In this document: positions 1 to 13,991 of the stretch, in pieces | How the letters are laid out: each line of letters opens with the position of its first letter | How positions within the stretch are numbered: the stretch's first letter is position 1 | Assembly: GCA_032718475.1 (NCBI GenBank) | Contig: JAUCBJ010007629.1 | Coordinates: 62,001 to 126,000 of the forward strand | DNA: 64,000 bases | Reading direction: 5' to 3' | Source: Nemertoderma westbladi | Taxonomy: Eukaryota > Animalia > Xenacoelomorpha | Notes under the pieces: model-generated | The model's database searches: none | Told to the model about the DNA's origin: nothing | Seen by the model: only the letters and a program-made list of their open reading frames with translations | Translations under genes and position numbers: made by a program

Positions 1-437
1 CCAACGCTAGTACTGCATCCAATCATAAGCCTTTATCTTACAGGTGTTCGGGTGTCTGTCTACACTTAGCATCAGGTAACTTCTACTATTTTTCAGCAAC
101 CAGTATTTTCATATTCACCAATCTTTATTTTACAGGCGCTAGGAGTGTCTACAGGTAACGTCTACTATTTTTCAAATCGCAATTTTTCAGCAACCAGTAT
201 TTTCATATTCACCAATCTTTATTTTACAGGCGCTAGGAGTGTCTACAGGTAACTTCTACTATTTTTCATTTTGCTATTTTTCACCAGTAACTAAATTTCA
301 TTTTGCAATTTTTCAGATAACAAAATATTCAACCGGGTTCCAACTCGGGACCATTATAACCCCCCACATTTCTCCACTCACTCTTCCATCCAACCATGAG
401 AGAAAAAGGCAATAAATATCTGAGTTATACCATAGCC
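1..437 (+). repeat. Polinton left terminal inverted repeat (partial) with an internal ~96-bp tandem duplication
   Basis: 1-437 is the reverse complement of ~32403-32834 with scattered substitutions; the unit ttttcagcaaccagtattttcatattcacc...gtctacaggtaac is repeated. Confidence 0.93.
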
Positions 438-1199
438 ATTGAATTCTTCATCTTCAACACTGGTAGCAGATGTTTATAAATAGCATCTAGTCCCTTAACA
501 TAATTACTATAGCATAGAATACATTAATTTGACTATTAATAATAATCGATTTCTTTTATCGTTGTATATATGTGACTGGTTGGTCAACTAAGTTGAATAT
601 AAGTTAGAATGATAGGACTAGCATTATTCACGTTGCATCTGTTACTCGTTACTGCTATTTCACTCTCTAACTCGCGCTAATGTAATAAATCAACCATTAA
701 CCTAGAAGGATGATTTTAGCTGTACACGTTGCATCTGTTACACGAAACTACTATATTATTCATTGTAAGTTACTCTTTTGTAATAAAGCAACCATATAAA
801 CCGAAGTTTTACATTCTAATAATCATTTATTGAGTTTTTATTTTTCAAAATAGTTTACATTCTAATTATGGATTTATTTAAAAAAAGTTCAAGCAATACT
901 TGGAAATTTACATGTAATAAATATACCTGTAGTATTGTTTATGTCAAGTATTTATTTTACACTCAAGCGATAGCAATGTAACAACATGCTTCTCTTACCG
1001 GGATACACTCTACCTTCTAGACACCTTAGAAATATTAATCAACCGACAAAAGGAATCATCAGTTTCAAGAGGTAATATTTATCCTAATATAGAATTTACA
1101 AGAGGAAATTTAAATATTTTCACCTGCGTTATTTCTGAAAACGTATATCTTCAGAAGCGAGGCAAATGTCAAATTCTAAACAAATCACTCATTAATTTA

Positions 1200-1910
1200 T
1201 TGCTTCAGAGTAAGACAAAAATATTAGAATTTCTATCACCACCACTCGAAATAATAAATCAGTATTCTGTTGTTAATTTAACCAACCCATCTTTTGTTGG
1301 TTTTGTAAGCAAATATAAAGGAACGGCTTATATGGGACTATGGGAGATTTCAGCTAGATATTCTGATGCTATTGGTCTTAGGTATTATAATGGGTTTAAC
1401 TTAACAGCATCGGAAGTAAATTCATTGTGGTATGAATGGAATTATGAAATTAGTAACGAAGGTGTCTTTTCAGAGCTAGATACGAGCGATAAAGCTTTAT
1501 CTGACCGACTTAAAGTAAAAATAAATGTACAAGAAAAAAAAGTAATTATTACAGACAAGGAAAGCAAATATTTAAAATTACATTACGATAAAGACATACC
1601 ACATATAGAGTTTCTCAACAATATGATGGAAAAGGTTTCATCAACTGATATAGCAGACGGTTTCGTGATTCTACATCAACCAACTTGGAAGGTTAAGTTT
1701 AATAAGTCATTTCCAGAAGCAGTTTCATCCACATTTAATCCAAAGACATACATCGAAGAGATATCAAGCGATAGAAAGTGCAGATCTACATCTCGAACAT
1801 CTTCCAATCCCAACAATGATTCTATAGCTACAAAGAAAAGAAAAGTTACAAAAGCAAGTAAAGAGGTAGCAGATTACAACAAGGAACATATAAAAGCAGT
1901 ATCAGATTGA
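1200..1910 (+). CDS. Polinton accessory protein of unknown function (possibly 5'-truncated; basic C-terminal NLS-like KKRK)
   Basis: 236-aa ORF between the TIR and PolB; no recognisable motif. Confidence 0.5.
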   Translation: MLQSKTKILEFLSPPLEIINQYSVVNLTNPSFVGFVSKYKGTAYMGLWEISARYSDAIGLRYYNGFNLTASEVNSLWYEWNYEISNEGVFSELDTSDKALSDRLKVKINVQEKKVIITDKESKYLKLHYDKDIPHIEFLNNMMEKVSSTDIADGFVILHQPTWKVKFNKSFPEAVSSTFNPKTYIEEISSDRKCRSTSRTSSNPNNDSIATKKRKVTKASKEVADYNKEHIKAVSD

Positions 1911-2460
1911 TTTATTATTAACTAGAGACTTTTTTTTTTCAGTTTCACACTGACTAGTAAAGGTAACTTTTTAACACAAAGCATGATTATTATAAAGTAT
2001 TTGCATGTAAAGGTGACTTTATTGAGTAAATATTGGTGATAGTTTATATTTAATGTGAGCATGGATTAGGTATAAAACATTCGCATGTAAATGCGTGAGT
2101 TTACACCTGATATTATAATAAAACATTAGCTTGTAAAACCTACTTTATCAATGAAAATTAAAAACGCATTATGCACATCTTGGTTTAGACTTGATTTTAT
2201 TATAAAGAATTCAGTTGTAAAAGCAACTTTATTTATGATATTAGTTTCCAATGTAACTGTTATTTATGATTGGTGCTATAAGTAGAAACTTGAAATATAT
2301 ATAAAGAGCTCAACTGATTCAATCGAGCTCATTCTGAAAAATTAAATAAATTAAAGTTTAGATATTATATTTTATTTGTGTTGAGTAGCTTATGAATTTT
2401 TTTTGATTATATATAACAATATTCATATTAATTTTAAATTGTTTTTAGGATAATAAAGAG

Positions 2461-4111
2461 ATGGATAAACAATTGAAATGTCCATTTTGTCCACTTCAAA
2501 TTTCTAAACGTAATTATTTAACTCATTTGAAGTCGCATTTTCAAGAATACAATTGTTTAATTGTCAAGTGAAATGTTCACGTGAAGAAATATGCAAACGA
2601 CATGAATCAACTACGGGATGTAAAGAAATGAAGTTTTGCGTGTATGAAAAAACTTGCCATACTTGTAATAAAGAGTATTTATATGAGAATTATTTACATC
2701 ACGACTGTCAAAAATGTTATTATCATGCTAGACCACGACCGAACCAAAACAATACTGTCGCATCTAGAAAAAGACTGAAATATAGTCAAGGTCCATCAAT
2801 TTTTAGCCTCGAACGAGCCACACATGATAACCGTTTAGAAATCTATATTTACAATCTTCCGAATGATGAAGATTTTCCTGATATTCTTTCATTCATAGTA
2901 GAAATTCTCCCTTATATTGAAAAGTTATTATTAGGAAAACTTAGCGAAATGAATGTACTTAGACCCTGGCTAGGTGTGAATATACTCATGTAATGATCAC
3001 ATTTTTCAGAGGGTGACCAAGAAGAAACTTTATATTTTAGTTCTTCAGGTGGTGTAGTTAATATTGTATATTTACATGAAAGTTTCTATATTTGGTTTGA
3101 GTATGTACTAGAAAAATTAATGCAAAAAATAGCCGTATTTAACACTCGTGGCTCAGGGTAGCGCGTTAAATCTTTATTAAGAGTGGAAATTATAGTAGCT
3201 GAATCCAAGTCTAAGTCACTGGAATATAAAGGTCATGGTTATATGGAGTTACCTAAGGCTCTATCAGGTAAACGATGTGTTATAAATATACAAACGGCTG
3301 ATAATGACTGTTTCAAATGGGCTATTATAGCCACAAAGTTTAGCAGCAAAGTGAAAAACAACAAATATCATACTTCGCAGTACACAGATTACAAGAATCA
3401 TTTTATTTTTGACAACGGGAACAAAGATTATCCAACAGAATGGCAGCTTGCAATTAAACTTTTTGAAAAACAGAATTCAGCATATATAATTAATTTATTA
3501 CTCTACGACAACAATCGAGTATCTATATTAAGACAGGCACCATTTAGTAAAATCACTCCAGATAAAGAGTTATTGAATATATTACTTTTAAAAATAAGAA
3601 TACGAGTAAACAATCACATTATGTTTGCATAACTAACTTGAATCGCTTGATGAATACAAGAGGTAAGCATATTGGATGTAGGAAATATTGTGAACGGTGT
3701 TTGTCGCATTTCTACAGCAAGGATGTTCTAGAATTTCACCATCTTACTTGTTATCAAGGAAAAAGTCAAGTTGAGAAGCTACCGTCTGAAAAAAGAACTC
3801 ACATTAGCTTTAGAAATTTAGACAGAACATTACCAGCATTGTTTGTAATATATTTTGACATAGAATCTATTTTGGAGCCAGCTAGCAACAGTAAATTTAT
3901 TCAGAATCATATTCCATGCCCTGTAAGTTATTTAGTTGTCCCTAGTAGCGAATTAATCAATCCACCAAAATTTTATTTGAAGACCTTTACAAAAACAATC
4001 GACAACAACTGTATTCAAGACTTTTTAGACTCTGTATATAATGACATCACCCAATTATATAAGTGGTCAGAAACTAACACGAGAGAAAATATGATACTTA
4101 ATGATGTAGAT
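2461..4111 (+). pseudogene. polB: Protein-primed DNA polymerase B, N-terminal part (C2H2 zinc fingers and N-terminal conserved region)
   Basis: ATG 2461 MDKQLKCPFC...HLKSH; TRGSG* (GSGW motif with W changed to stop); YMELPKAL...INIQTADNDCFKWAI; CERCLSHF; IYFDIESIL (ExoI). Frameshifts and stops; cut by the Gypsy insertion. Confidence 0.9.
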
Positions 4112-4366
4112 TGGTATGAACAGTTGTAATACATATGTAGGTAACGGGTACCGGGAGGAGTCGGATGGGGATGATACGTTCTTACAGCTGTTCAGTAGTG
4201 TTACAGTGCAAATACTTTACTGCTGTACTACGAGATAATGTATACTGTGTTAACGGCCTGTTGGCCTGTGTTATTCGATGTAACAAAGTTATACATAATG
4301 ACTATATATTAGATAAATAATATACCGACTGATGCTTATATTGAGATATATTATCAGCTTATTATT
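4112..4366 (+). repeat. Gypsy 5' LTR
   Basis: Direct repeat of 11414-11668 with 6 substitutions counted by eye; followed immediately by the PBS. Confidence 0.93.
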
Positions 4367-4464
4367 TGGCGCAGTGTGTTTGAAAAATTAATCCTGAACA
4401 GGAGAAATTTAACCTAAATCAGCTAACCGTTGACTCCAACTACCTGACTACTGAACTACTCCTT

Positions 4465-7400
4465 GTGAATACAGGACTTCAACAGGTAACAATGGATATT
4501 AAGCCAAGTTTACAAGACTGTAAAAATTCCCGCCGGGGTTATAAATCTGCAGTTACAAAAGCAAAACGAGCGGGTCAAGCTGCTATCACCAATTACGAAA
4601 ATATGGCCCCAACAGAACATTCGTTTCCAACACAAATACAGATCCGTATTGCAGATTGGATAAAAAAGTTCGAACGTTTTCAAGGAAGTGACAATACTGT
4701 TATGTCACATCCCGAGGCTGACGCCAATGACGAAGACAACGACTTAGATAAATTCGAGGAAGAACTCCTCGAGGCCCAGGAAAAACTAGCTGAGTTTGAA
4801 GCGTTTACAAAGGCACAACATGACCTTGAGGTGGCGGTTGCAGTAGCGACTGCCGGTGCGGGAGTTATAACTCCAAGTAGAACTGGGGAAACGGGTCGAT
4901 TGAATAATAATAGGCCGGATCTTCCAAAAATATCACCACGTCGGCCTCCAATACTGGAATCCGACACAGATTTCAGAAGATTGAAAGAGTGGGCAGACTT
5001 TGGATCAATTATTATAACCTAATGGACCTGGGTGCTCGCAGTCAACCAGTACGCATTGCTTGTTTATGGGATTGTTGTTCTCCTGGATTTTTGACAATAA
5101 TCAACCGCACCCTCTCAATTCCAGCGGATACACCATTAGATGTAGAAGAAGTATTAGATATTATCCAAGATTATCTGCGATCTCTACGTAATTCAAATTT
5201 AGATTGGCGTGCCTTACTCTCTGTACGTCAGAAAGACGCTCAAAGTTACACCTCCCTGTGTAATGAAATGCTAGAACTTGGAGAATATGCCAACACTTCA
5301 GTTGTTAATGCAGATAGACTCCACACAGCATTGTTAATATTAGCTATCACCGAAGAAGATGACCGAGAAAAGTTGATAGCAGAAGATCCACCTTTGAATT
5401 TTAATTCTTCTCGGAAATTTATTGTTTCTCTAGAATCAGCAAGACAGGCTTCAAGAAGTTTAAGACAGACAAACGCATCATCCAGTGACCAGCTTATCAA
5501 TGCTAATCGAACAGAATATAATAAAAAGAAATGGAGTTTAAAATCAACTAATTATAAACCACGCAACCTGGAAAACCAACGAAATAGGAATATTGACGAC
5601 AAACATAAAAACTATCCACGCCCACCACAACCCGGGCGATGCACACGTTGTGGTCAACGTACACATCAACTCAATAAATGTCCAGCAACTACATCCAAAT
5701 GCGTTTGTTGTGATGGCACTGGCCATTTCGCCACAGTTTGTCCTTCACGGAAATTAGCTGCTATATCCCACACGATTCCTAGTCCATATGAGTCTGCAGA
5801 GGAAGATGACGTTGATAATGAAGATTCGAGTTTAGTAGTCGAACCTGTTGGTATAATGGATACTACTTATGATGATAATAAGAACTTATTTTTAAATACT
5901 TCAATTTGTTCATTAATGACTATTAAACAACCATTAATTTCCATTAGTCTAATTCCTGATGATTACCCTTTTAAATGTGATATTGTAGCCTGGGCAGATA
6001 CTGGTGCAGGCGCAACTGTTATGGGCGTTGAAACATTTAATACTAGTGGGTTAGTAAATCAATTAGTCCTTGGTCCAAAATTTAATTACCATATATTTAC
6101 AGTGGGACATACATTATTAGAACAAATTGGAACATTCAATACAACTGTATCAGTGGGAAATTTCAAAACAAAAGAGACTATTGTTGTTTGTTTTGATGTC
6201 TTGGGACTATATCTGTCATTAGAAACATGTAAAAAATTGACAATAGTGAGCCCTACTTTTCCACAACCAATGGGGTTTGACAATAAAGATCACTACGACA
6301 TTAATTCTATTGAAAATGGAACATCACAAATTGGTTCAATAAGGTCTGGATCCCCAGAACCGGTATGCAGCCCATATCTTTCAAGAAATATTCCTATAAC
6401 AGAGAGTGAAATATGGCCAAATCGATTAATTTGGATAAATAAATTACCGGAAGACAGTTCACTGACACCTGAATTGAAAAATGAAATTGACCAAAATTTA
6501 CACTCAGTATATGCAACTGTTTTTGATGATTCTGAAGAACTTCGGCCAATGTGCGGTGGGATTGTAGGAAGCCCAATGTCAATAACTTTAAAACCAGATG
6601 CTGTACCCTTTGCTGTACATACTGCTCGACAAGTTCCATATGCTTTGCGCAATAAAGTAAAGGAGAATCTGGAATATATGATCAAACGGAAGATTATAGA
6701 ACCAGTGGGTGATATCCCCACCATATGGTGTCACCCTATAGTAGTGGCCCCAAAACCCAATGGAGATATTCGACTCTGTGTGGACTTGACGAAATTGAAT
6801 AAACAGGTCATGCGAACTTCATACCATACAAAAACTCCAAAAGAGGCTATTTCTGGATTTTCCACAACTGATAAATTCTTTGCTAAGTTGGACCTCATAA
6901 AGGGTTATTGGCAAATGCCGTTAGACAGCAAAGCCCAGGATCTAACTGTCTTTATTACACCATTTGGTAAGTATAAATTTCTACGATCTCCAATGGGTTT
7001 TATATCAACAGGAGATAGTTTTTCTTACCGTGGAGACCAGGCTTTTGTTGGTTTGAACATTCAGAAAGTAATAGATGATGTCGGAATTGGATCACCTAGC
7101 ATACGGGCTTTAGTAAACATTCTATGTGAAGTTTTGGAAAGATGTGGACATTATAACCTCACAATAAATAAAACAAAATCAATACTTTGTTCGGAAAATA
7201 TCGACTTTGTTGGATTTACTGTTTCCCATGGTAACATAGCAGTTGATAACAAAAAGGTTAATGCTATTTCAGAATTTCCATCTCCAGCCACTCGTACGGA
7301 CGGACCTCCGTAGTTTTTTAGGTCTCGTTAACCAACTAGGATCATTCAGTTCAACTATCTCTTCTGCGGCCAGCCCGCTCCGTGGTTTACTGCAGGTGAA

Positions 7401-10400
7401 AAATGAATTTTTGTGGTTACCTGAACATACACAGGCCTTCAATAATGTGAAAAAATTATTGACTTCACCTCCTATATTAGGTATGTTCGATCCTAATTCA
7501 GAAACATCTCTACAAACTGATGTATCACGGTTACAAGGTATTGGATTTGTATTATTACAAAAACAAGCTGGAAAGTGGCGATTAATACAATGTGGGAGCA
7601 GATTCCTAAAAGGACCCGAGACGAGATACGCAATGGTCGAGCTAGAATCACTAGCTATTTATTGGGCAATACAAAAATGCCATGTTTATCTCGCTGGACT
7701 ACCATTGTTTACCATTATAACAGATCATAAACCTCTGGAATCAATATTTAATAGTTATGGCCTTGTTGATATCGAAAATACTCGAGTTTTGAACTATCGT
7801 TCAAAGTTGACTAGTTACAATTTTGTTGTAAAATGGGTGAAAGGCAAAGAAAACATTGTCCCTGATGCCCTATCCAGAGCTCCAATTTCAGACCCCAATG
7901 ATGATACAGATAGTGTAGATAATGAGTTGATTGCTGAATGTTCAGCCTTATACATGAATGCTATTGAAAATGCACTTTCATCAGCCGAAATTCCTGATAT
8001 TACCCTTAACAATTTAAAAGATCGGGCCGAATCAGATGAAAAATACAAACTCTTAATAGATGCCATACAAAATAACTTTTGCAATATCAAACACTCAATT
8101 CCATACATTCAGCAATTTAAGAATATCTCCAATAATCTGTCAGTTGACGATGGGCTTATTTTACGAGATGCGCAGATTGTCATACCACCATCAGCTGTTC
8201 GAGATGTGCTTAAACTATTACATGCTAGTCACCAAGGAATCGAAAGAACGAAAAGACGCGCACGCCAATCAGTTTATTGGCCAGGATACACATCAGATAT
8301 TACAAACATTGTAGAATCTTGTTTACAATGCCAAAAATTCCGTCCAACACTACCAAATGAGCCAATGCTACACCATGAAGTTCCTTCCCGAGTTTTCCAA
8401 TCAGTTTCAACTGATTTTTTCCAATATAGTGACAAACATTATCTTATTTATGCCGATCGCACTTCTGGATATGTTTTGGTACATTCATTTAATAATTGTC
8501 CGTCTGCTTCCAACACTATATCAGTGTTTAGATCATATTTTGCAATGTTGGGAGTACCCAACATTTTAACATCAGATCATAGTCCACAATTTAAAGCAGA
8601 AGAAATGCAGCGTTTCCTATGTGAATGGGGAGTAAAATGGGAGCCGTCTTCCCCATATTATCCAAGAGGAAACGGACATGCCGAAAGTAATGTAAAAAAA
8701 ATTAAGTATTTATTAGCCAAAACAGGCGGGGATATCCATTCACAGGAATTCTTAACAGGCCTTTTAGAATTACGCAATACGCCTAATCAAGATGGTTTAT
8801 CACCAGCCCAACGCGTTTTCGGTCACCCAATCAGATCTTTAACCCTATTAAACCCGGGGGGGGGTCAATATGACCCCCCCCGTGGTTTTTTTATTATAAT
8901 TCTGAAACAAACGCAGTTGGGAATCTGAAATTTTATGACTTTTCCTAAAAATCTATTGTCTTCCTTGTAGTGAAAACCGTTTTCAAAAATATTGGGTACT
9001 TTTCGAGTTATAGCACCATTTTTTAACCCTACTTTTGGCACTTTTTTTGAGACGTTTTTTGAAAATTACATTTCATTAAATATGAATTGTAACATCTCTA
9101 TTTTTGATTTACACCGGTTTTTTGGTGTTAGAAATTTGATGGAATTCATATAAATTGATTTAGAAATTTCAAACTTGTTTTTTTCGGTGGGTGCCAAATT
9201 TTGGTGCCAGCACCAAATTTTGAATTATGTCAATTTTGTAAATTGATTGTTTGAAACTTGTTTTTTACGCAATTGGGGTTTTTTGGGGTTCTGGATTCGA
9301 TGAAATATATACGAGTTGCACCAAGAGTATCAAACTTGTATTTTTCGGTGCTGTGTGCAAATTTTGGTGCTAGCACGAAATTTTGAAAATTCATTCGATA
9401 GATAAAATTGCTTGTGACAATTTATTTCTTGCGTTTTAGAGGTTTATGGCTGTTCTGAATTCAATGGAATAAATAATTATCGAACTAGACATCTCAAACT
9501 TGTATTTTTCGGATGTGGGTGCAAAATGTGGTGCTAGCACAAAATTTTGAAAACCATCAAATATATCAATTGATTGTGTCACCTTGTTTCTTGCGTTATA
9601 CGGGTTTGTGATGGTTCTGAATTCAATGGAATCAGTAAAAATTTCATAAGAGTTCTCAAACTGGTATTTTTCGCCAGTGGGTGAAAATTGTTGTGCCAGC
9701 ACCAAATTTTGGAAAATATGCAAATTTATCAGTAGATAGTATCACCTTGTTTCTTGCGTTATACGGGTTTATGAGGGTCCTGAATCCGATGGAATCCATA
9801 AAAACAGCACTGGACATCGCAAACTTGTACTTTTTGGTGATGGGTACGATATTTGGTGCTAGCACCAAAATTTGCCAAATTACGCCGAAAAATACAAGTA
9901 TCAATGATCTGGCACATTAGAAATGTATTCCATTAGAATCAGCGCCCTCGAAAACCTGAAAATGTGAATTCATAGCATCGTATAAGTGAATTAAAAATTT
10001 TGTGTTCTACCTGAAAAGTGCTGGTTACTTGTTTTTTTCATTTTTTTCCTACGCAGAGAGGACTAAACGGCCATTTATAGTAATCATATCATTTTTAAAT
10101 ATTTTCCAATGTATTTTGCACCCCAGAAAACCTGTATTGAAAAATAATTAGCCGAAAATGTAACTTTCAAATTTTGTGAAAATTGTGCACTACTTGTAAT
10201 TTTGGTGCTGCAATATAACCACCCCAGTACATTTTTTCGAAAATTTTTTTTTTGGTCGGATCCAGACAAGTGATACCTACGTACAAACAAAAAATCAGAC
10301 GTTTTCGTTAATATTTGTAGATTTTAGAGGGGGGGGTCAATATGACCCCCTCCCGGTATTTGTACAGCATTTTATAGCCCGGTACTAATAGGGTTAATAC

Positions 10401-10840
10401 CTACTCATTGGCGGTCATATGATGCAGATTGGCAGATGGATGCAGATATAGCCGATCAGAACCGTTTACAAACTGCTGAAAAACGAAAGTATTATTATGA
10501 CCGTTCTTCATTTTCTTTAGGGTGTATTAAACCTGGTTCAACAGTCATCGTTCAAAATCCATTATCCCGGAGATGGGATAAATTAGCCACAGTAGTTGGT
10601 TCCAATAATCATCGCCGATACAAACTAAAGTTTGCCTCTGGCAGAGTACTATGGTGAAATAGAATCTTCATTAGACCAATTCAACCCGAATTATTACCCA
10701 AAGGATTTCTAGCAGACAATACTGTCACAGTCAACTCATGTAATAATAATGTAAAGGCGACTCATAACCTTCCTACTTCCGACCCTATCATAACTAGAAC
10801 TGGAAGAATTAGCAGACCCCCAGATCGTCTTATATACTAA
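4465..10840 (+). pseudogene. pol: Gypsy gag-pol polyprotein (gag, CCHC knuckles, aspartic protease, RT, RNase H, integrase)
   Basis: CTRCG...HQLNKC and CVCCDGTGHFATVC; ADTGA protease; LCVDLTKLN, LDLIKGYWQ, KVIDDV (RT); TDHKPL (RH); H..HQG..C..C and SDHSPQF..NGHAES (INT). Frameshifts near 5000 and 7300 (CGGA duplication), piggyBac insertion at 8843, premature TGA at 10655. Confidence 0.93.
8843..10393 (+). mobile_element. piggyBac-like non-autonomous transposon, copy 1
   Basis: TTAA TSD on both sides, CCCTATTA...TAATAGGG termini, subterminal GGGGGTCAATATGACCCCC palindromes, internal ~125-bp degenerate tandem repeats. Removal restores integrase IRSL/IPTHWRSY. Confidence 0.9.
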
Positions 10841-10991
10841 CTAATAAGAAACGAGTTTCAGACAAATGTTTGATATTTTAATGGTATTAATTTTATACGG
10901 TATACCAACGAAAGTCTGATAATTATATTCACTACTGCTGTATTGGTATATTTACATATAACGTATCGAAAATTAATAGATCCAAGACTAT

Positions 10992-11357
10992 GATGAGTAT
11001 ATGTTACTAAATGTTATAAAATATGTATATGGTATTATTAGCAGAGTAGTATTTTTTTTTCCTTTTATTACTAAGTAAAAATATTCAAATATTTTACGAA
11101 AGAAAATATTTTGAGATGAGTATATGTTACTAAATGTTATAAAATATGTATATGGTATTATTAGCAGAGTAGTATATTTGTACGTATTATTACTAAATAA
11201 AAATATTCAAATATTTTATGAAAGAAAATATTTTGAGATGAGTATATGTTACTGAATGTTATAAAATATGTATATGGTATTATTAGCAGAGTAGTATATT
11301 TGTACGTATTATTACTAAGTAAAAATATTCAAATATTTTATGAAAGAAAATATTTTG
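10992..11357 (+). repeat. ~120-bp tandem repeat (3 copies) in the Gypsy 3' UTR
   Basis: gatgagtatatgttactaaatgttataaaatatgtatatggtattattagcagagtag... occurs at ~10992, 11116 and 11236. Confidence 0.85.
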
Positions 11358-11413
11358 GAAAAGGAGGGTTGGTATATTTGTATTTCATATCAAGTATATT
11401 TTAAAAGGGGAGT

Positions 11414-11668
11414 TGGTATGAATAGTTGTAATACATATGTAGGTAACGGGTACTGGGAGGAGTCAGATGGGGACGATACGGTCTTACAGCTGTTCAGTAG
11501 TGTTACAGTGCAAATACTTTACTGCTGTACTACGAGATAATGTATACTGTGTTAACGGCCTGTTGGCCTGTGTTATTCGATTTAACAAAGTTATACATAA
11601 TGACTATATATTAGATAAATAATATACCGACTGATGCTTATATTGAGATATATTATCAGCTTATTATT
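11414..11668 (+). repeat. Gypsy 3' LTR
   Basis: Direct repeat of 4112-4366, preceded by the PPT and followed by TSD TAGAT. Confidence 0.93.
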
Positions 11669-12775
11669 TAGATAAGTTAAGTTTTTGGAAAGCTAAAACT
11701 TGCTTTTATTGCAATGTTTTATTTAAGGATAAATCTGAGAAAAACAAACATCACTCACATATTACTGGTAACTATATAGCAGCCGCTTGTAACGCATGTA
11801 ACCGCTCTTTATCGTTTAAACGACACATGTATATACTCGCTGCACACAACTGCAATCATTACAATTTGCATTTTCTTTTACAAGTTGGGTTTAGCAATAA
11901 CAAATTTTCCGATTGGGATATAAAGGTAATCCCTAAAAATTCTGAAAGGTATATTTCACTGAGTATGCATATACCGGTGAAAGATCAAAAAACAAAAATC
12001 GAGCTACGTGTCTTAGACACATATCAATTTTTATCCTTTTCCGTAAGTACTTTAGTTGATTGTTCAACAAAGGATATAGACAGCAAGGATATAACATCAG
12101 TTCTACCAATTACTGAACAGCAAATGAAATATTTTTATCTGAATTTAAATAATGCAACAATTAAACAAAAAGGTATATTTCCCTACGAGTATCTGACAGA
12201 TTTAAATAAATTCAATGATTCGAAATTACCATCAATAGACAAATTTTATAGTAAATTAACACAAAATACCTGTACACCCTAGGGATATAGTTTTGCCAAC
12301 GCATCATGGAGTCAGTTTGACTGTTCAAATCTAAAGGATTATCTTTTAGCATACTTAAAACTCGATGTTTGTCTCCTTGCTGATATATTTGAGAACTTTA
12401 GGAGAGTATGTAGACAAAACTACGAATTAGAAGTAGTTTATTATTGCAGTATCGCAGCTTTCACTTATGATTGCGCCCTGAAATACAATAAATGTAAGTT
12501 AGCATTAATAAAAGATTACCAAACATATAGAGATTTTGAAGCATCTATTAGAGGAGGGGTTTTATTCTGTCGAAAGCATTACATAGAATCAAATATACCA
12601 GATACTGATAATTATGATCCAAGCAAGGAAGAGTGTCATATTTTCAATATAGATTTTAATTCCTTGTATGCGGGTAATTTAAGTAAAAAGCTACCTGTTT
12701 CAGGTTTTTTAACAATTCAACGTTACATATTTAGAGAATGCTGCTCCAGAAGAACTAATAAACTATTTAACAAAT
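11669..12775 (+). pseudogene. polB: pPolB middle part (endonuclease VII/HNH-like zinc motif, 3'-5' exonuclease, motif A)
   Basis: CFYC...HSHITGNYIAAACNACN; AHNCNHYNLH; RVLDTYQFL; KGIFPYEY; YLKLDVCLLADIFENFR; IRGG; IDFNSLY. Confidence 0.9.
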
Positions 12776-13616
12776 GTGGCTGGCCACGAGAAAAGGGACC
12801 TTATGTCGCAAAACCTGATTCTGAGATAATCGCGTTTAAAGTTTCCCTCTATTTTTGAACAAATTTAATTGGATTATCAATTTAGAAATGTATAAAACGA
12901 TGAGGGAAATTCAAATTGGTTCTGATATTCAATATACCTAGGAAATAACTAATTACAGGAAGCAATATAAGATGTTGCAGTGTTGTATACAACACTGTCT
13001 TAGGGTTTTCATGTCTGAATTTAGGACTGTAATAAATTGAAATTGTAATACTGTAATAGGTACTGTAGGCCTACAGTTATTTTTTAAATGTAATATGGCT
13101 GTCATTTTCTTAATTTAAATTCGTTAGTTCTTAAATTTTGTAATCCCAATAAAGAATTCAAAATACAAATAATTTTAAAATTTGTTAAAAAAATTTATCT
13201 TTTTGAAAAAATGTTAAATTAAAAAAAAAAATTTTTTGGTTAGGCCTACATGTTTTTTTGAAAATTTTGCAAAATTTTTTTTTAAATAGTTCATGAACAA
13301 TATTAATAGTTTCAAAGTGTTAAAAGTTGTATAAAAAGCCGAATAACATTAAACTGCCTAACTATATAGTAAGAATTGATTGATGATATTATTAATATTT
13401 TCCATTTTTTTAAATAATCGCTTATTATAACCGCTATTAATAAAAATTTTGCTACCCGATTCACCTTCACATAAATCGCTATAACTTTTTTTTAGAAATA
13501 GATATTGAGACACCGTTTTTTTTGTTAAAATCTCTGGAAAATTCTGCATCTCGTAGGCCTAATAACTCAAAATCGACCTCCGGTGACATAAGGTCCCTTT
13601 TCTCGTGGCCAGCCAC
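12776..13616. mobile_element. Non-autonomous DNA transposon, Sola1-like
   Basis: 32-bp TIR GTGGCTGGCCACGAGAAAAGGGACCTTATGTC; 4-bp TSD AAAT (AWWT is characteristic of Sola1). Removal restores NYLTN/LDTEGDIGFFL. Confidence 0.8.
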
Positions 13617-13991
13617 AAATCTTGATACTGAAGGGGATATTGGGTTTTTCTTAATTTGCGATTTGAAATATCTCAAAGATATTCATGATCGTACATTAGA
13701 ACTACCCTTAGCCCCAGAACATTTAAGTATAAATGAGACAATGCTTTACCACATATGAAAGATCAATTTAATAATGTATGTAAACAAAGAGGTACTAATA
13801 GCAAGTATAAGATGTGTGCACCAAAACTTATGTTGACACAATTCGATAAAGAATTCTATCATGTACATTTAAAACTGCTAAAATTTTATATAAAACAAGG
13901 TTTAATTGGTACTAAGCTCCATAAATTGTATTCTTTCCATCAAGACTTTGTATTTAAACCCTATATAGATTTTAATATTAATCAAAGACAA
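13617..13991 (+). pseudogene. polB: pPolB fragment between the Sola-like and CACTA-like insertions
   Basis: GFFLICDLKY..DIHD....LPLAPEH; KL..T..DKE.YHVH...LKFYIKQGL; FKPYIDFN. Confidence 0.88.

Larger units (their letters stand above)
4112..11668 (+). mobile_element. Ty3/Gypsy (Mag-like) LTR retrotransposon, full length, inactivated
   Basis: Two 255-bp LTRs, TSD TAGAT (4107-4111 and 11669-11673), PBS TGGCGCAGT at 4367, PPT AAAAGGGGAG before the 3' LTR, domain order PR-RT-RH-INT. Removing it restores PolB (LNDVD/KLSFWKAKTCFYC). Confidence 0.95.

Noticed and set aside
9436-10290. Short ORFs within the piggyBac-like elements (also 23771-24991 and 57428-57942)
   Set aside because: They are translations of internal tandem repeats; no DDD transposase motifs.
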